A DNA stretch of 64,000 bases, taken from assembly GCF_036365525.1 (NCBI RefSeq), contig NC_090404.1, positions 4,030,001 through 4,094,000 on the forward strand, read 5' to 3'. Each line of letters opens with the position of its first letter. Positions within the stretch are counted from its first letter, which is position 1. Below, in pieces: positions 27,507-37,479 of this stretch. The notes beneath the pieces were generated by a model. The model had not been told where the DNA came from. It did no database searches and was given only the letters and a program-made list of their open reading frames with translations. A program made the position numbers and the translations under genes. Source of the stretch: Heterodontus francisci (Eukaryota).

Positions 27507-28720
27507 TAAATGTCTTCACTGTGTTGGTGTCAATGTGGCAGCGACTGCAGCTTCAGTATTGAGTAACTTTGCTAAAGAAGCGGATTGAAGAAAAGTTTCA
27601 GTAACAGAACCATTCATTTCAAATGGAAGTTGTTTTTATCGATGTCATGATGAAGGAATAAAATATTATTACTAATGGCGATATTCTGCATTTTGTAAGA
27701 AGCCAATCACCACAGAATCACTAAGTCCATTTGTTGCGACACTCCGCCACTCTCCTCAAAGCTGTCAATTATTCCCTATTGCATTCAAGTAAAAGGCGCT
27801 GGCTGTCTCGTTTATCTGCAGAACAACTGCAAACTTGTTATGCTGGCTGTGGGAAATTCTAATGAGCAGTGCACAGCTCTTCTCGTGGAATTCAATGGCA
27901 CAGATGCCAGGCCAACATGAATTATTTTCCTCATGCACCAGCCTCACAGACTGGCTCTGTTAAAGGGCCAACATTGAGTTTTAACCCCGTCCCGTTCCCT
28001 GTTGTGAGAGCAATTTCATTGGACTCCCTGTTCACTTCTCTGATGTCATCAATTCTGGATGAAAGGACCGAAGAGCTGATTGGATGAATTGCAATACTAA
28101 TGCGCTGAGTGCTGATTGGATGAACTGGAGAATAAAGGATTTGTGATCTGATTGGACGAATTAAACAACAAAGACGCGTCAGTTGACTGGATGTCACCTG
28201 CTGTCCATGCCAGCAATGGACCTATCGGGAGAAAGGCTGGAATTCGAACAGCATCTTCTAAAGGCCTGACGAAAACAATTCCAGCTTCAATCAGTTCAGT
28301 TCATATCAGCCCACAACTGTCTGAAAACATCTTGGATGTTACTTTATATTTATTCCTCACAGCTGCAGCTCTCTTAACTGGGAAGTTCACAATTTACACA
28401 AGGCCGTCTTTCACATCTTGATCATATAGTTCATCGGTCTGTTCCCTGAAGACAAGGGTAACAATCGATTGATCAGAAGCAATCCGGATCTACCTTGAGT
28501 CTGAACACTGTTTGAGCAAACTCGACAAGCTCCCCGAATAAGAGAAATTTGAAGAGTTGAGCTGAGATTACAGGGGAATGGCTGACAGACATGTTCCTCC
28601 CCACCAGGGCTAATGACAGACACCGATAGACACACGAGTATTACACCCACAGGTCGTTTGTCGGCTTCCCTTTACAGTCGATCCCAGCACCTTCCTGTTA
28701 CAGCTTCTGAACTGTGGAAA

Positions 28721-29133
28721 GTGTATTTGTATTTACCTGTCCTGATTTCTCAGTTAAGTATTGGGGGTGACGGGCTGATTCTGGGAGATAGACGTTGGTT
28801 AATTTAATATTGCTCTGTTCTTGCAGGACATTGTCGAGGAGACTCCGTTTCACAGTAACCAGCTGTAATCATAGTAAGTGAAGGAGACGATGTTCGGTTG
28901 CACTGTGATTATACAGCTACAAGCAGCAGCAATCCTTATCTATTCTGGTACCGTCAGTATCCCAGTGGATACATGGAATATCTGCTGCAAAGAAACAAAT
29001 ACAGTGAGGACCGAGAAAGATTTCCAGAGGACCGTTTTTCAGCGGAGCTCGATGATTCGATCCGAACCGTCCCGCTGAAAGAATCTAAAACAGAACTGAC
29101 AGACTCTGCGGTGTACTACTGCACACTGAGACC
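28721..29133 (+). pseudogene. TCR V-alpha/delta pseudogene V3 (leader 28721-28766 starting GTG, V exon 28827-29133)
   Basis: GDSVSQ*PAVIIVSEGDDVRLHCDYTATSSSNPYLFWYRQYP...DRFSAELD...TDSAVYYCTLRP; both canonical Cys and Trp present; single TAA at 28856-28858. Confidence 0.93.
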
Positions 29134-29172
29134 CACAGAGACACAGAGCTGGGCTGATCCTGTACAAAAACT
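29134..29172 (+). other. 23-RSS of V3
   Basis: CACAGAG + 23 nt + ACAAAAACT. Confidence 0.9.
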
Positions 29173-29258
29173 ATCAGAGAGTCGCTCAACATAACAGCAA
29201 GTTAGGGAAACATTGTGATTGGAGGCGAGTGTCTGCATTAGTGATGAGAACTTGTACT

Positions 29259-32200
29259 TCATTTCCCGGCGGAGCAGCAGGAGAAGGTAGCGACTCTTCG
29301 TTGGGTGAGTGAAGGCATCAGGAGCTGTGTTTTAAAAGTAAGTACTTACTGTTTTACTTACTGTTTTCCTTGTCTTTGAGTTTCTTTTGGCGCCGGAGGA
29401 ACCGGAAGCTGGTCGGCAGCGAGGACTCCTGGGTAGGTATTTTCCTTAAAGGTGCGGAGCTCCGTGGACTCGGCCTCATTTCCCGGCGGAGCAGCAGGAG
29501 AAGGTAGCGACTCTTCGTTGGGTGAGTGAAGGCATCAGGAGCTGTGTTTTACAAGTAAGTACTTACTGTTTTACTTACTGTTTTCCTTGTCTTTGAGTTT
29601 CTTTTGGCGCCGGAGGAACCGGAAGCTGGTCGGCAGCGAGGACTCCTGGGTAGGTATTTTCCTTAAAGGTGCGGAGCTCCGTGGACTCGGCCTCATTTCC
29701 CGGCGGAGCAGCAGGAGAAGGTAGCGACTCTTCGTTGGGTGAGTGAAGGCATCAGGAGCTGTGTTTTAAAAGTAAGTACTTACTGTTTTACTTACTGTTT
29801 TCCTTGTCTTTGAGTTTCTTTTGGCGCCGGAGGAACCGGAAGCTGGTCGGCAGCGAGGACTCCTGGGTAGGTATTTTCCTTAAAGGTGCGGAGCTCCGTG
29901 GACTCGGCCTCATTTCCCGGCGGAGCAGCAGGAGAAGGTAGCGACTCTTCGTTGGGTGAGTGAAGGCATCAGGAGCTGTGTTTTAAAAGTAAGTACTTAC
30001 TGTTTTACTTACTGTTTTCCTTGTCTTTGAGTTTCTTTTGGCGCCGGAGGAACCGGAAGCTGGTCGGCAGCGAGGACTCCTGGGTAGGTATTTTCCTTAA
30101 AGGTGCGGAGCTCCGTGGACTCGGCCTCATTTCCCGGCGGAGCAGCAGGAGAAGGTAGCGACTCTTCGTTGGGTGAGTGAAGGCATCAGGAGCTGTGTTT
30201 TAAAAGTAAGTACTTACTGTTTTACTTACTGTTTTCCTTGTCTTTGAGTTTCTTTTGGCGCCGGAGGAACCGGAAGCTGGTCGGCAGCGAGGACTCCTGG
30301 GTAGGTATTTTCCTTAAAGGTGCGGAGCTCCGTGGACTCGGCCTCATTTCCCGGCGGAGCAGCAGGAGAAGGTAGCGACTCTTCGTTGGGTGAGTGAAGG
30401 CATCAGGAGCTGTGTTTTAAAAGTAAGTACTTACTGTTTTACTTACTGTTTTCCTTGTCTTTGAGTTTCTTTTGGCGCCGGAGGAACCGGAAGCTGGTCG
30501 GCAGCGAGGACTCCTGGGTAGGTATTTTCCTTAAAGGTGCGGAGCTCCGTGGACTCGGCCTCATTTCCCGGCGGAGCAGCAGGAGAAGGTAGCGACTCTT
30601 CGTTGGGTGAGTGAAGGCATCAGGAGCTGTGTTTTAAAAGTAAGTACTTACTGTTTTACTTACTGTTTTCCTTGTCTTTGAGTTTCTTTTGGCGCCGGAG
30701 GAACCGGAAGCTGGTCGGCAGCGAGGACTCCTGGGTAGGTATTTTCCTTAAAGGTGCGGAGCTCCGTGGACTCGGCCTCATTTCCCGGCGGAGCAGCAGG
30801 AGAAGGTAGCGACTCTTCGTTGGGTGAGTGAAGGCATCAGGAGCTGTGTTTTAAAAGTAAGTACTTACTGTTTTACTTACTGTTTTCCTTGTCTTTGAGT
30901 TTCTTTTGGCGCCGGAGGAACCGGAAGCTGGTCGGCAGCGAGGACTCCTGGGTAGGTATTTTCCTTAAAGGTGCGGAGCTCCGTGGACTCGGCCTCATTT
31001 CCCGGCGGAGCAGCAGGAGAAGGTAGCGACTCTTCGTTGGGTGAGTGAAGGCATCAGGAGCTGTGTTTTAAAAGTAAGTACTTACTGTTTTACTTACTGT
31101 TTTCCTTGTCTTTGAGTTTCTTTTGGCGCCGGAGGAACCGGAAGCTGGTCGGCAGCGAGGACTCCTGGGTAGGTATTTTCCTTAAAGGTGCGGAGCTCCG
31201 TGGACTCGGCCTCATTTCCCGGCGGAGCAGCAGGAGAAGGTAGCGACTCTTCGTTGGGTGAGTGAAGGCATCAGGAGCTGTGTTTTAAAAGTAAGTACTT
31301 ACTGTTTTACTTACTGTTTTCCTTGTCTTTGAGTTTCTTTTGGCGCCGGAGGAACCGGAAGCTGGTCGGCAGCGAGGACTCCTGGGTAGGTATTTTCCTT
31401 AAAGGTGCGGAGCTCCGTGGACTCGGCCTCATTTCCCGGCGGAGCAGCAGGAGAAGGTAGCGACTCTTCGTTGGGTGAGTGAAGGCATCAGGAGCTGTGT
31501 TTTAAAAGTAAGTACTTACTGTTTTACTTACTGTTTTCCTTGTCTTTGAGTTTCTTTTGGCGCCGGAGGAACCGGAAGCTGGTCGGCAGCGAGGACTCCT
31601 GGGTAGGTATTTTCCTTAAAGGTGCGGAGCTCCGTGGACTCGGCCTCATTTCCCGGCGGAGCAGCAGGAGAAGGTAGCGACTCTTCGTTGGGTGAGTGAA
31701 GGCATCAGGAGCTGTGTTTTAAAAGTAAGTACTTACTGTTTTACTTACTGTTTTCCTTGTCTTTGAGTTTCTTTTGGCGCCGGAGGAACCGGAAGCTGGT
31801 CGGCAGCGAGGACTCCTGGGTAGGTATTTTCCTTAAAGGTGCGGAGCTCCGTGGACTCGGCCTCATTTCCCGGCGGAGCAGCAGGAGAAGGTAGCGACTC
31901 TTCGTTGGGTGAGTGAAGGCATCAGGAGCTGTGTTTTAAAAGTAAGTACTTACTGTTTTACTTACTGTTTTCCTTGTCTTTGAGTTTCTTTTGGCGCCGG
32001 AGGAACCGGAAGCTGGTCGGCAGCGAGGACTCCTGGGTAGGTATTTTCCTTAAAGGTGCGGAGCTCCGTGGACTCGGCCTCATTTCCCGGCGGAGCAGCA
32101 GGAGAAGGTAGCGACTCTTCGTTGGGTGAGTGAAGGCATCAGGAGCTGTGTTTTAAAAGTAAGTACTTACTGTTTTACTTACTGTTTTCCTTGTCTTTGA

Positions 32201-32933
32201 GTTTCTTTTGGCGCCGGAGGAACCGGAAGCTGGTCGGCAGCGAGGACTCCTGGGTAGGTATTTTCCTTAAAGGTGCGGAGCTCCGTGGACTCGGCCTCAT
32301 TTCCCGGCGGAGCAGCAGGAGAAGGTAGCGACTCTTCGTTGGGTGAGTGAAGGCATCAGGAGCTGTGTTTTAAAAGTAAGTACTTACTGTTTTACTTACT
32401 GTTTTCCTTGTCTTTGAGTTTCTTTTGGCGCCGGAGGAACCGGAAGCTGGTCGGCAGCGAGGACTCCTGGGTAGGTATTTTCCTTAAAGGTGCGGAGCTC
32501 CGTGGACTCGGCCTCATTTCCCGGCGGAGCAGCAGGAGAAGGTAGCGACTCTTCGTTGGGTGAGTGAAGGCATCAGGAGCTGTGTTTTAAAAGTAAGTAC
32601 TTACTGTTTTACTTACTGTTTTCCTTGTCTTTGAGTTTCTTTTGGCGCCGGAGGAACCGGAAGCTGGTCGGCAGCGAGGACTCCTGGGTAGGTATTTTCC
32701 TTAAAGGTGCGGAGCTCCGTGGACTCGGCCTCATTTCCCGGCGGAGCAGCAGGAGAAGGTAGCGACTCTTCGTTGGGTGAGTGAAGGCATCAGGAGCTGT
32801 GTTTTAAAAGTAAGTACTTACTGTTTTACTTACTGTTTTCCTTGTCTTTGAGTTTCTTTTGGCGCCGGAGGAACCGGAAGCTGGTCGGCAGCGAGGACTC
32901 CTGGGTAGGTATTTTCCTTAAAGGTGCGGAGCT
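29259..32933 (+). repeat. 217-bp tandem monomer array (16.9 units) forming the CR1 5' end
   Basis: ATTTCCCGGCGG recurs at 29261, 29478, 29695 ... 32733 (period 217); units almost identical. Confidence 0.98.
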
Positions 32934-33110
32934 GAGTAAACCCGAGCCACTACACATGTAGTGTCTCCCACCCATCCTCCTCCTCTAACCTAATAATAAG
33001 ACCCTTTTTACCCTCCTCCTCTAACCAAAAAGGACTGAGCAGGTAAGCTATTTACTGTTTTTGTTAATATCTATAGTTGTACTTAACTAAGGGGTAATTG
33101 AATAAAAGAA

Positions 33111-34031
33111 ATGGCAGCCAGTGTAGTGTATTGCTCCTCCTGCAGAATGTTCGAGGTGAGGGGAACCTCCGGTGACCCTGCCGACTTCACCTGCTGGAAG
33201 TGCATCCGTCTCCAGCTCCTATCAGACCGTGTTAGGGAATTGGAGCTGGAGCTGGATGAACTGAGGATCATTCGGGAAGCTGAGGGGTTGATAGATAGAA
33301 GCTACACGGAGGTCGTTACTCCACAAATCAAAGGCAGCTGGGTAACAGTTAGAGGTGGGAAGAGGTCAGTGCAGGGATCTCCTGTGGTCGTTCCCCTCAA
33401 CAACAAGTATACAGTTTTAGATACTGTTGGGGGGGACGGCCTATCGGGGGCAGGCTGCAGTGACCGGGCCTCTGGCACGGGGTCCTGCACTGTGGCTCAG
33501 AAGGGAAGGAGGGAGAATGGGAGAGCACTAGTCATCGGGGACTCGATGGTGAGGAGTACGGACAGGCGGTTCTGTGGGCGCAGGCGAGACGCACGGATGG
33601 TTTGTTGCCTCCCTGGTGCCAGGGTCCGTGATGTTTGTGATCGCGTCTTCAGGATCCTTAAAGGGGAGGGGGAGCAGCCAGAGGTCGTGGTGCACATTGG
33701 CACCAACGACGTAGGAAGGAAGGGTGGCACAGATGTTAGAAGTGAGTTTAGGGAGTTAGGCTGGAAGCTGAAAGCTCGGACGGACAGAGTTGTTATCTCT
33801 GGTTTGTTGCCGGCGCCACGTGATAGTGAGGCTAGGAATAGGGAGAGAGCACAGCTGAACACGTGGCTGCAGGAATGGTGTAGGAGGGAGGGCTTCCAGT
33901 TCTTGGATAATTGGACTGCATTCTGGGGAAGATGGGACCTGTTCAAACAGGACGGGCTGCATCTGAACCAGAGGGGCACCAATATCCTGGGAGGGAGGTT
34001 TGCTAGTACTGTTCGGGAGGGTTTAAACTAG
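33111..34031 (+). CDS. CR1 ORF1p (CxxC..CxxC zinc finger, leucine zipper, SGNH-type esterase), 306 aa
   Basis: CSSC/CWKC, LQLLSDRVRELELELDEL, VIGDS, HIGTND, DGLHLN motifs. Confidence 0.95.
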   Translation: MAASVVYCSSCRMFEVRGTSGDPADFTCWKCIRLQLLSDRVRELELELDELRIIREAEGLIDRSYTEVVTPQIKGSWVTVRGGKRSVQGSPVVVPLNNKYTVLDTVGGDGLSGAGCSDRASGTGSCTVAQKGRRENGRALVIGDSMVRSTDRRFCGRRRDARMVCCLPGARVRDVCDRVFRILKGEGEQPEVVVHIGTNDVGRKGGTDVRSEFRELGWKLKARTDRVVISGLLPAPRDSEARNRERAQLNTWLQEWCRREGFQFLDNWTAFWGRWDLFKQDGLHLNQRGTNILGGRFASTVREGLN

Positions 34032-36919
34032 TTTGGGAGGGGGATGGGAACCGGACTTGTAATCCAGGGACCAGTGGGTCCACTCAGAAAGACAAAGAGT
34101 GTAGTGAGGTATTGGGGAAGGTAGCACTGTCACAGAGGACAGATGGGCACGGAGAAGGATTAAAGTGCGTATACTTCAACGCAAGAAGCATCAGGAATAA
34201 GGTGAGTGAATTGAAGGCGTGGATGGGCACTTGGGACTACGATGTTGTGGCCATCACTGAAACGTGGATAGGTGAGGGGGAGGAATGGTTTTTGGAGGTA
34301 CCTGGTTATAGATGTTTTCATAAGATTAGGAATGGTGGTAAAAGAGGTGGGGGGGTGGCATTGTTAGTTAGAAATAGTGTAACAACTGCTGAAAGAATTT
34401 TCGAGGAGGATCTGCCGACTGAGGCACTGTGGGTTGAGGTCAGGAACAGGAAAGGAGCAGTCACCTTGATGGGAGTTTTCTATAGGCCCCCCAATAGCAG
34501 CAGGGAGGTGGAAGAGCAGATTGGGAAACAGATTTTGGAAAGGAGCAGAAGTCACAGGGTAGTAATTATGGGGGATTTCAACTTCCCAAATATTGATTGG
34601 CAACTCTTTAGATCGAATAGTTTGGATGGGGTAGTGTTTGTGCAGTATGTCCAGGAAGCTTTTCTGACTCAGTATGTAGACTGCCCGACCAGAGGGGAGG
34701 CAATATTGGATTTGGTACTAGGTAATGAACCAGGGCAAGTGATAGAGCTGTTGGTGGGCGAGCACTTTGGAGATAGTGATCACAATTCTGTAGCATTCAC
34801 TGTGGTAATGGAGAGGGATAGGTATGTGCAACAGGGCAAGGTTTACAATTGGGGGAAGGGTAGATATGATGCTGTCAGGCAGGAACTGAGGAGCATAAGT
34901 TGGGAGCATATGCTGGCAGGGAAGGGCACGGTCGAAATGTGGAACTTTTTCAAGGAGCAGATAGTAGGGGCCATTGATAAGCATGTCCCTGTCAGACAGG
35001 GAAGGGATGGTCATGTGAGGGAACCGTGGTTGACAAGAGAGGTTGAGAGTCTTGTTAGGAAGAAGGATGCGTATATAAAGTTGAGGAAAAAGGGCACAGG
35101 CATAGCTCTGGAGGGATACAAGATGGCCAGGAAGGATCTGAAGAAAGGGATTAGGAGAGCTAAGAGAGGGCATGAAAAATGCTTGGCGGGTAGGATAAAA
35201 GAAAACCCCAAGGCCTTTTACGCGTATGTCAGAAATATGAGGATGACCAGGGGGACCATAGGTCCGGTCAAGGACAATAGCGGTAGACTGTGTGTTGAGC
35301 CGGAAGAGATAAGTGAGGTTTTGAATGAGTACTTCTCTTCGGTATTTACGAATGAGAAGGGGTGTATTACTGAAGAGGACGGTGTGAAACAGACTGGTAA
35401 GCTCGAGGAAGTGCTCGTTAGGAGGGAAGATGTGTTGCGGTTTTTGAATAACTTGAAGATAGACAAGTCTCCCGGGCCTGACGGGGTATATCCAAGGATG
35501 TTATGGGAAGCAAGGGATGAAATTGCAGAGCCGCTGGCAATGATCTTTTCATCTTCTCTGCTGACGGGGGTGGTACCAGGTGATTGGAGGGTGGCAAATG
35601 TTGTGCCCCTGTTCAAGAAAGGGAATAGGAACAACCCTGGGAATTACAGGCCAGTTAGTCTTACTTCGGTGGTAGGCAAGTTGATGGAAAAGGTGCTGAG
35701 GGATAGGATTTCTGAGCATCTGGAAAGACACTGCTTGATTCGGGACAGTCAGCACGGTTTTGTGAGGGGTAGGTCTTGCCTCACAAGCCTGATTGAATTC
35801 TTTGAGCAGGTGACCAAGCAAGTGGATGAGGGTAAACCAGTGGATGTGGTGTACATGGATTTTAGTAAGGCATTTGATAAGGTCCCCCATGGTAGACTTA
35901 TGGAGAAAGTCAGGAGGCATGGGATAGTGGGGAATGTGGCCAGTTGGATTAAGAATTGGCTAACTGATAGAAGGCAGAGAGTGGTCTTAGATGGTAAATA
36001 CTCAGCCTGGAGCCCAGTTACCAGTGGCGTGCCGCAGGGATCAGTTCTGGGTCCTCTCCTGTTTGTGATTTTTATTAACGACTTGGATGAGGAAGTCGAA
36101 GGGTGGGTCAGTAAATTTGCAGATGATACAAAGGTTGGTGGAGTTGTGGATACCGAGGAGGGCTATTGTCGTCTGCAGGGGGACTTGGATAGGTTGCAGT
36201 GCTGGGCTGAAAAGTGGCAGATGGAGTTTAACCCTGAAAAGTGTGAGGTCGTCCATTTTGGAAGGACAAACATGAATGCAAAATACTGGGTTAACGGTAG
36301 GGTTCTTGGGCATGTGGAGGAGCAGAGAGACCTTGGGGTCTATGTGCATAGATCATTGAAAGTTGCAACTCAAGTGGATAGGGCTGTGAAGAAGGCATAT
36401 GGGGTGTTAGCGTTCATTAGCAGAGGGATTGAATTTAAGAGCCGTGAGGTGATGATGCAGCTGTACAGGACCTTGGTAAGGCCTCATTTGGAGTACTGTG
36501 TGCAGTTCTGGTCGCCTCATTTTAGGAAGGATGTGGAAGCCTTGGAGAGGGTGCAGAGGAGATTTACCAGGATGTTGCCTGGAATGGAGAATAAGTCTTA
36601 CGAGGAAAGGCTGAACATTCTAGGCCTCTTCTCATTAGAAAGGAGAAGGATGAGGGGTGACATGATAGAGGTTTATAAGATGATCAGGGGAATAGATAGG
36701 GTAGACAGTCAGAAACTTTTTCCCCGGGTGGAGCAAAGCGTTACAAGGGGTCATAAATTTAAGGTGAAGGGTGGGAGATATAAGGGGGATGTCAGGGGAA
36801 GGTTCTTTACCCAGAGAGTGGTCGAGGCATGGAATGCCTTGCCCGGGGAAGTTGTTGAGTCAGAAACTTTAGGGACTTTCAAAAGGCTTTTGGATAGGTA
36901 TATGGATAAAGGAGAATGA
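34028..36919 (+). CDS. CR1 ORF2p (APE endonuclease + reverse transcriptase); frame open from 34007, no AUG before 34223
   Basis: CVYFNARS, ITETW, GDFN, SDH (APE); [32 protein letters not shown] (RT); no stops. Confidence 0.95.
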   Translation, partial: LVWEGDGNRTCNPGTSGSTQKDKECSEVLGKVALSQRTDGHGEGLKCVYFNARSIRNKVSELKAWMGTWDYDVVAITETWIGEGEEWFLEVPGYRCFHKIRNGGKRGGGVALLVRNSVTTAERIFEEDLPTEALWVEVRNRKGAVTLMGVFYRPPNSSREVEEQIGKQILERSRSHRVVIMGDFNFPNIDWQLFRSNSLDGVVFVQYVQEAFLTQYVDCPTRGEAILDLVLGNEPGQVIELLVGEHFGDSDHNSVAFTVVMERDRYVQQGKVYNWGKGRYDAVRQELRSISWEHMLAGKGTVEMWNFFKEQIVGAIDKHVPVRQGRDGHVREPWLTREVESLVRKKDAYIKLRKKGTGIALEGYKMARKDLKKGIRRAKRGHEKCLAGRIKENPKAFYAYVRNMRMTRGTIGPVKDNSGRLCVEPEEISEVLNEYFSSVFTNEKGCITEEDGVKQTGKLEEVLVRREDVLRFLNNLKIDKSPGPDGVYPRMLWEARDEIAEPLAMIFSSSLLTGVVPGDWRVANVVPLFKKGNRNNPGNYRPVSLTSVVGKLMEKVLRDRISEHLERHCLIRDSQHGFVRGRSCLTSLIEFFEQVTKQVDEGKPVDVVYMDFSKAFDKVPHGRLMEKVRRHGIVGNVASWIKNWLTDRRQRVVLDGKYSAWSPVTSGVPQGSVLGPLLFVIFINDLDEEVEGWVSKFADDTKVGGVVDTEEGYCRLQGDLDRLQCWAEKWQMEFNPEKCEVVHFGRTNMNAKYWVNGRVLGHVEEQRDLGVYVHRSLKVATQVDRAVKKAYGVLAFISRGIEFKSREVMMQLYRTLVRPHLEYCVQFWSPHFRKDVEALERVQRRFTRMLPGMENKSYEERLNILGLFSLERRRMRGDMIEVYKMIRGIDRVDSQKLFPRVEQSVTRGHKFKVKGGRYKGDVRGRFFTQRVVEAWNALPGEVVESETLGTFKRLLDRYMDKGE

Positions 36920-37000
36920 TGGGGTATAGATTAAATTGTCCTTGACAGAGGACAAAGGATCGGCACAACATTCTGGGCCGAAGGGCCTGTTCTGTGCTGT

Positions 37001-37296
37001 ATGTTCTATGTTCTATGTTCTATGTTCTATGTTCTATGTTCTATGTTCTATGTTCTATGTTCTATGTTCTATGTTCTATGTTCTATGTTCTATGTTCTAT
37101 GTTCTATGTTCTATGTTCTATGTTCTATGTTCTATGTTCTATGTTCTATGTTCTATGTTCTATGTTCTATGTTCTATGTTCTATGTTCTATGTTCTATGT
37201 TCTATGTTCTATGTTCTATGTTCTATGTTCTATGTTCTATGTTCTATGTTCTATGTTCTATGTTCTATGTTCTATGTTCTATGTTCTATGTTCTAT
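37001..37296 (+). repeat. (ATGTTCT)n CR1 3' tail, about 42 units
   Basis: Perfect 7-mer microsatellite following the CR1 3' UTR. Confidence 0.98.
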
Positions 37297-37479
37297 TAAT
37301 GTTAATATACAGTTATCCTTATTCCTGCAATGTTTCACTTTTCAAATAATGATCTAATTTCCTTTTAAAAGTAACGATTGAATCTACCTCCACCAACATT
37401 TGCAGGCAGTGTATTATGGAGTTTAACATCTCGCTGAATAAAGGCAAAATTCTCTTCCTTTTTCCTCTGTTTCTTTTTG

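Larger units (their letters stand above)
29259..37296 (+). mobile_element. Full-length, apparently intact young CR1 LINE (copy A)
   Basis: 5' monomer array, uninterrupted ORF1 and ORF2, 3' stem-loop GGGCCGAAGGGCC, (TTCTATG)n tail; no obvious TSD. Confidence 0.97.

Noticed and set aside
29259-32933. CRISPR array or independent satellite
   Set aside because: No unique spacers, eukaryotic context, and the same monomer heads CR1 copy B at an identical junction
34112-34114. TTG start assigned to ORF2 by the ORF track
   Set aside because: Artefact of allowing alternative starts; the frame is open from 34007. The ATG at 34044 is in the ORF1 frame and leads to a short peptide only
33497-36349. Antisense ORFs within CR1 copies
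   Set aside because: Shadow frames of ORF1/ORF2; their recurrence only reflects near-identity of copies A and B
36936-37357. ORFs of repeating MFYVLCS
   Set aside because: Translation of the 7-bp CR1 tail, which has no stop in any plus frame
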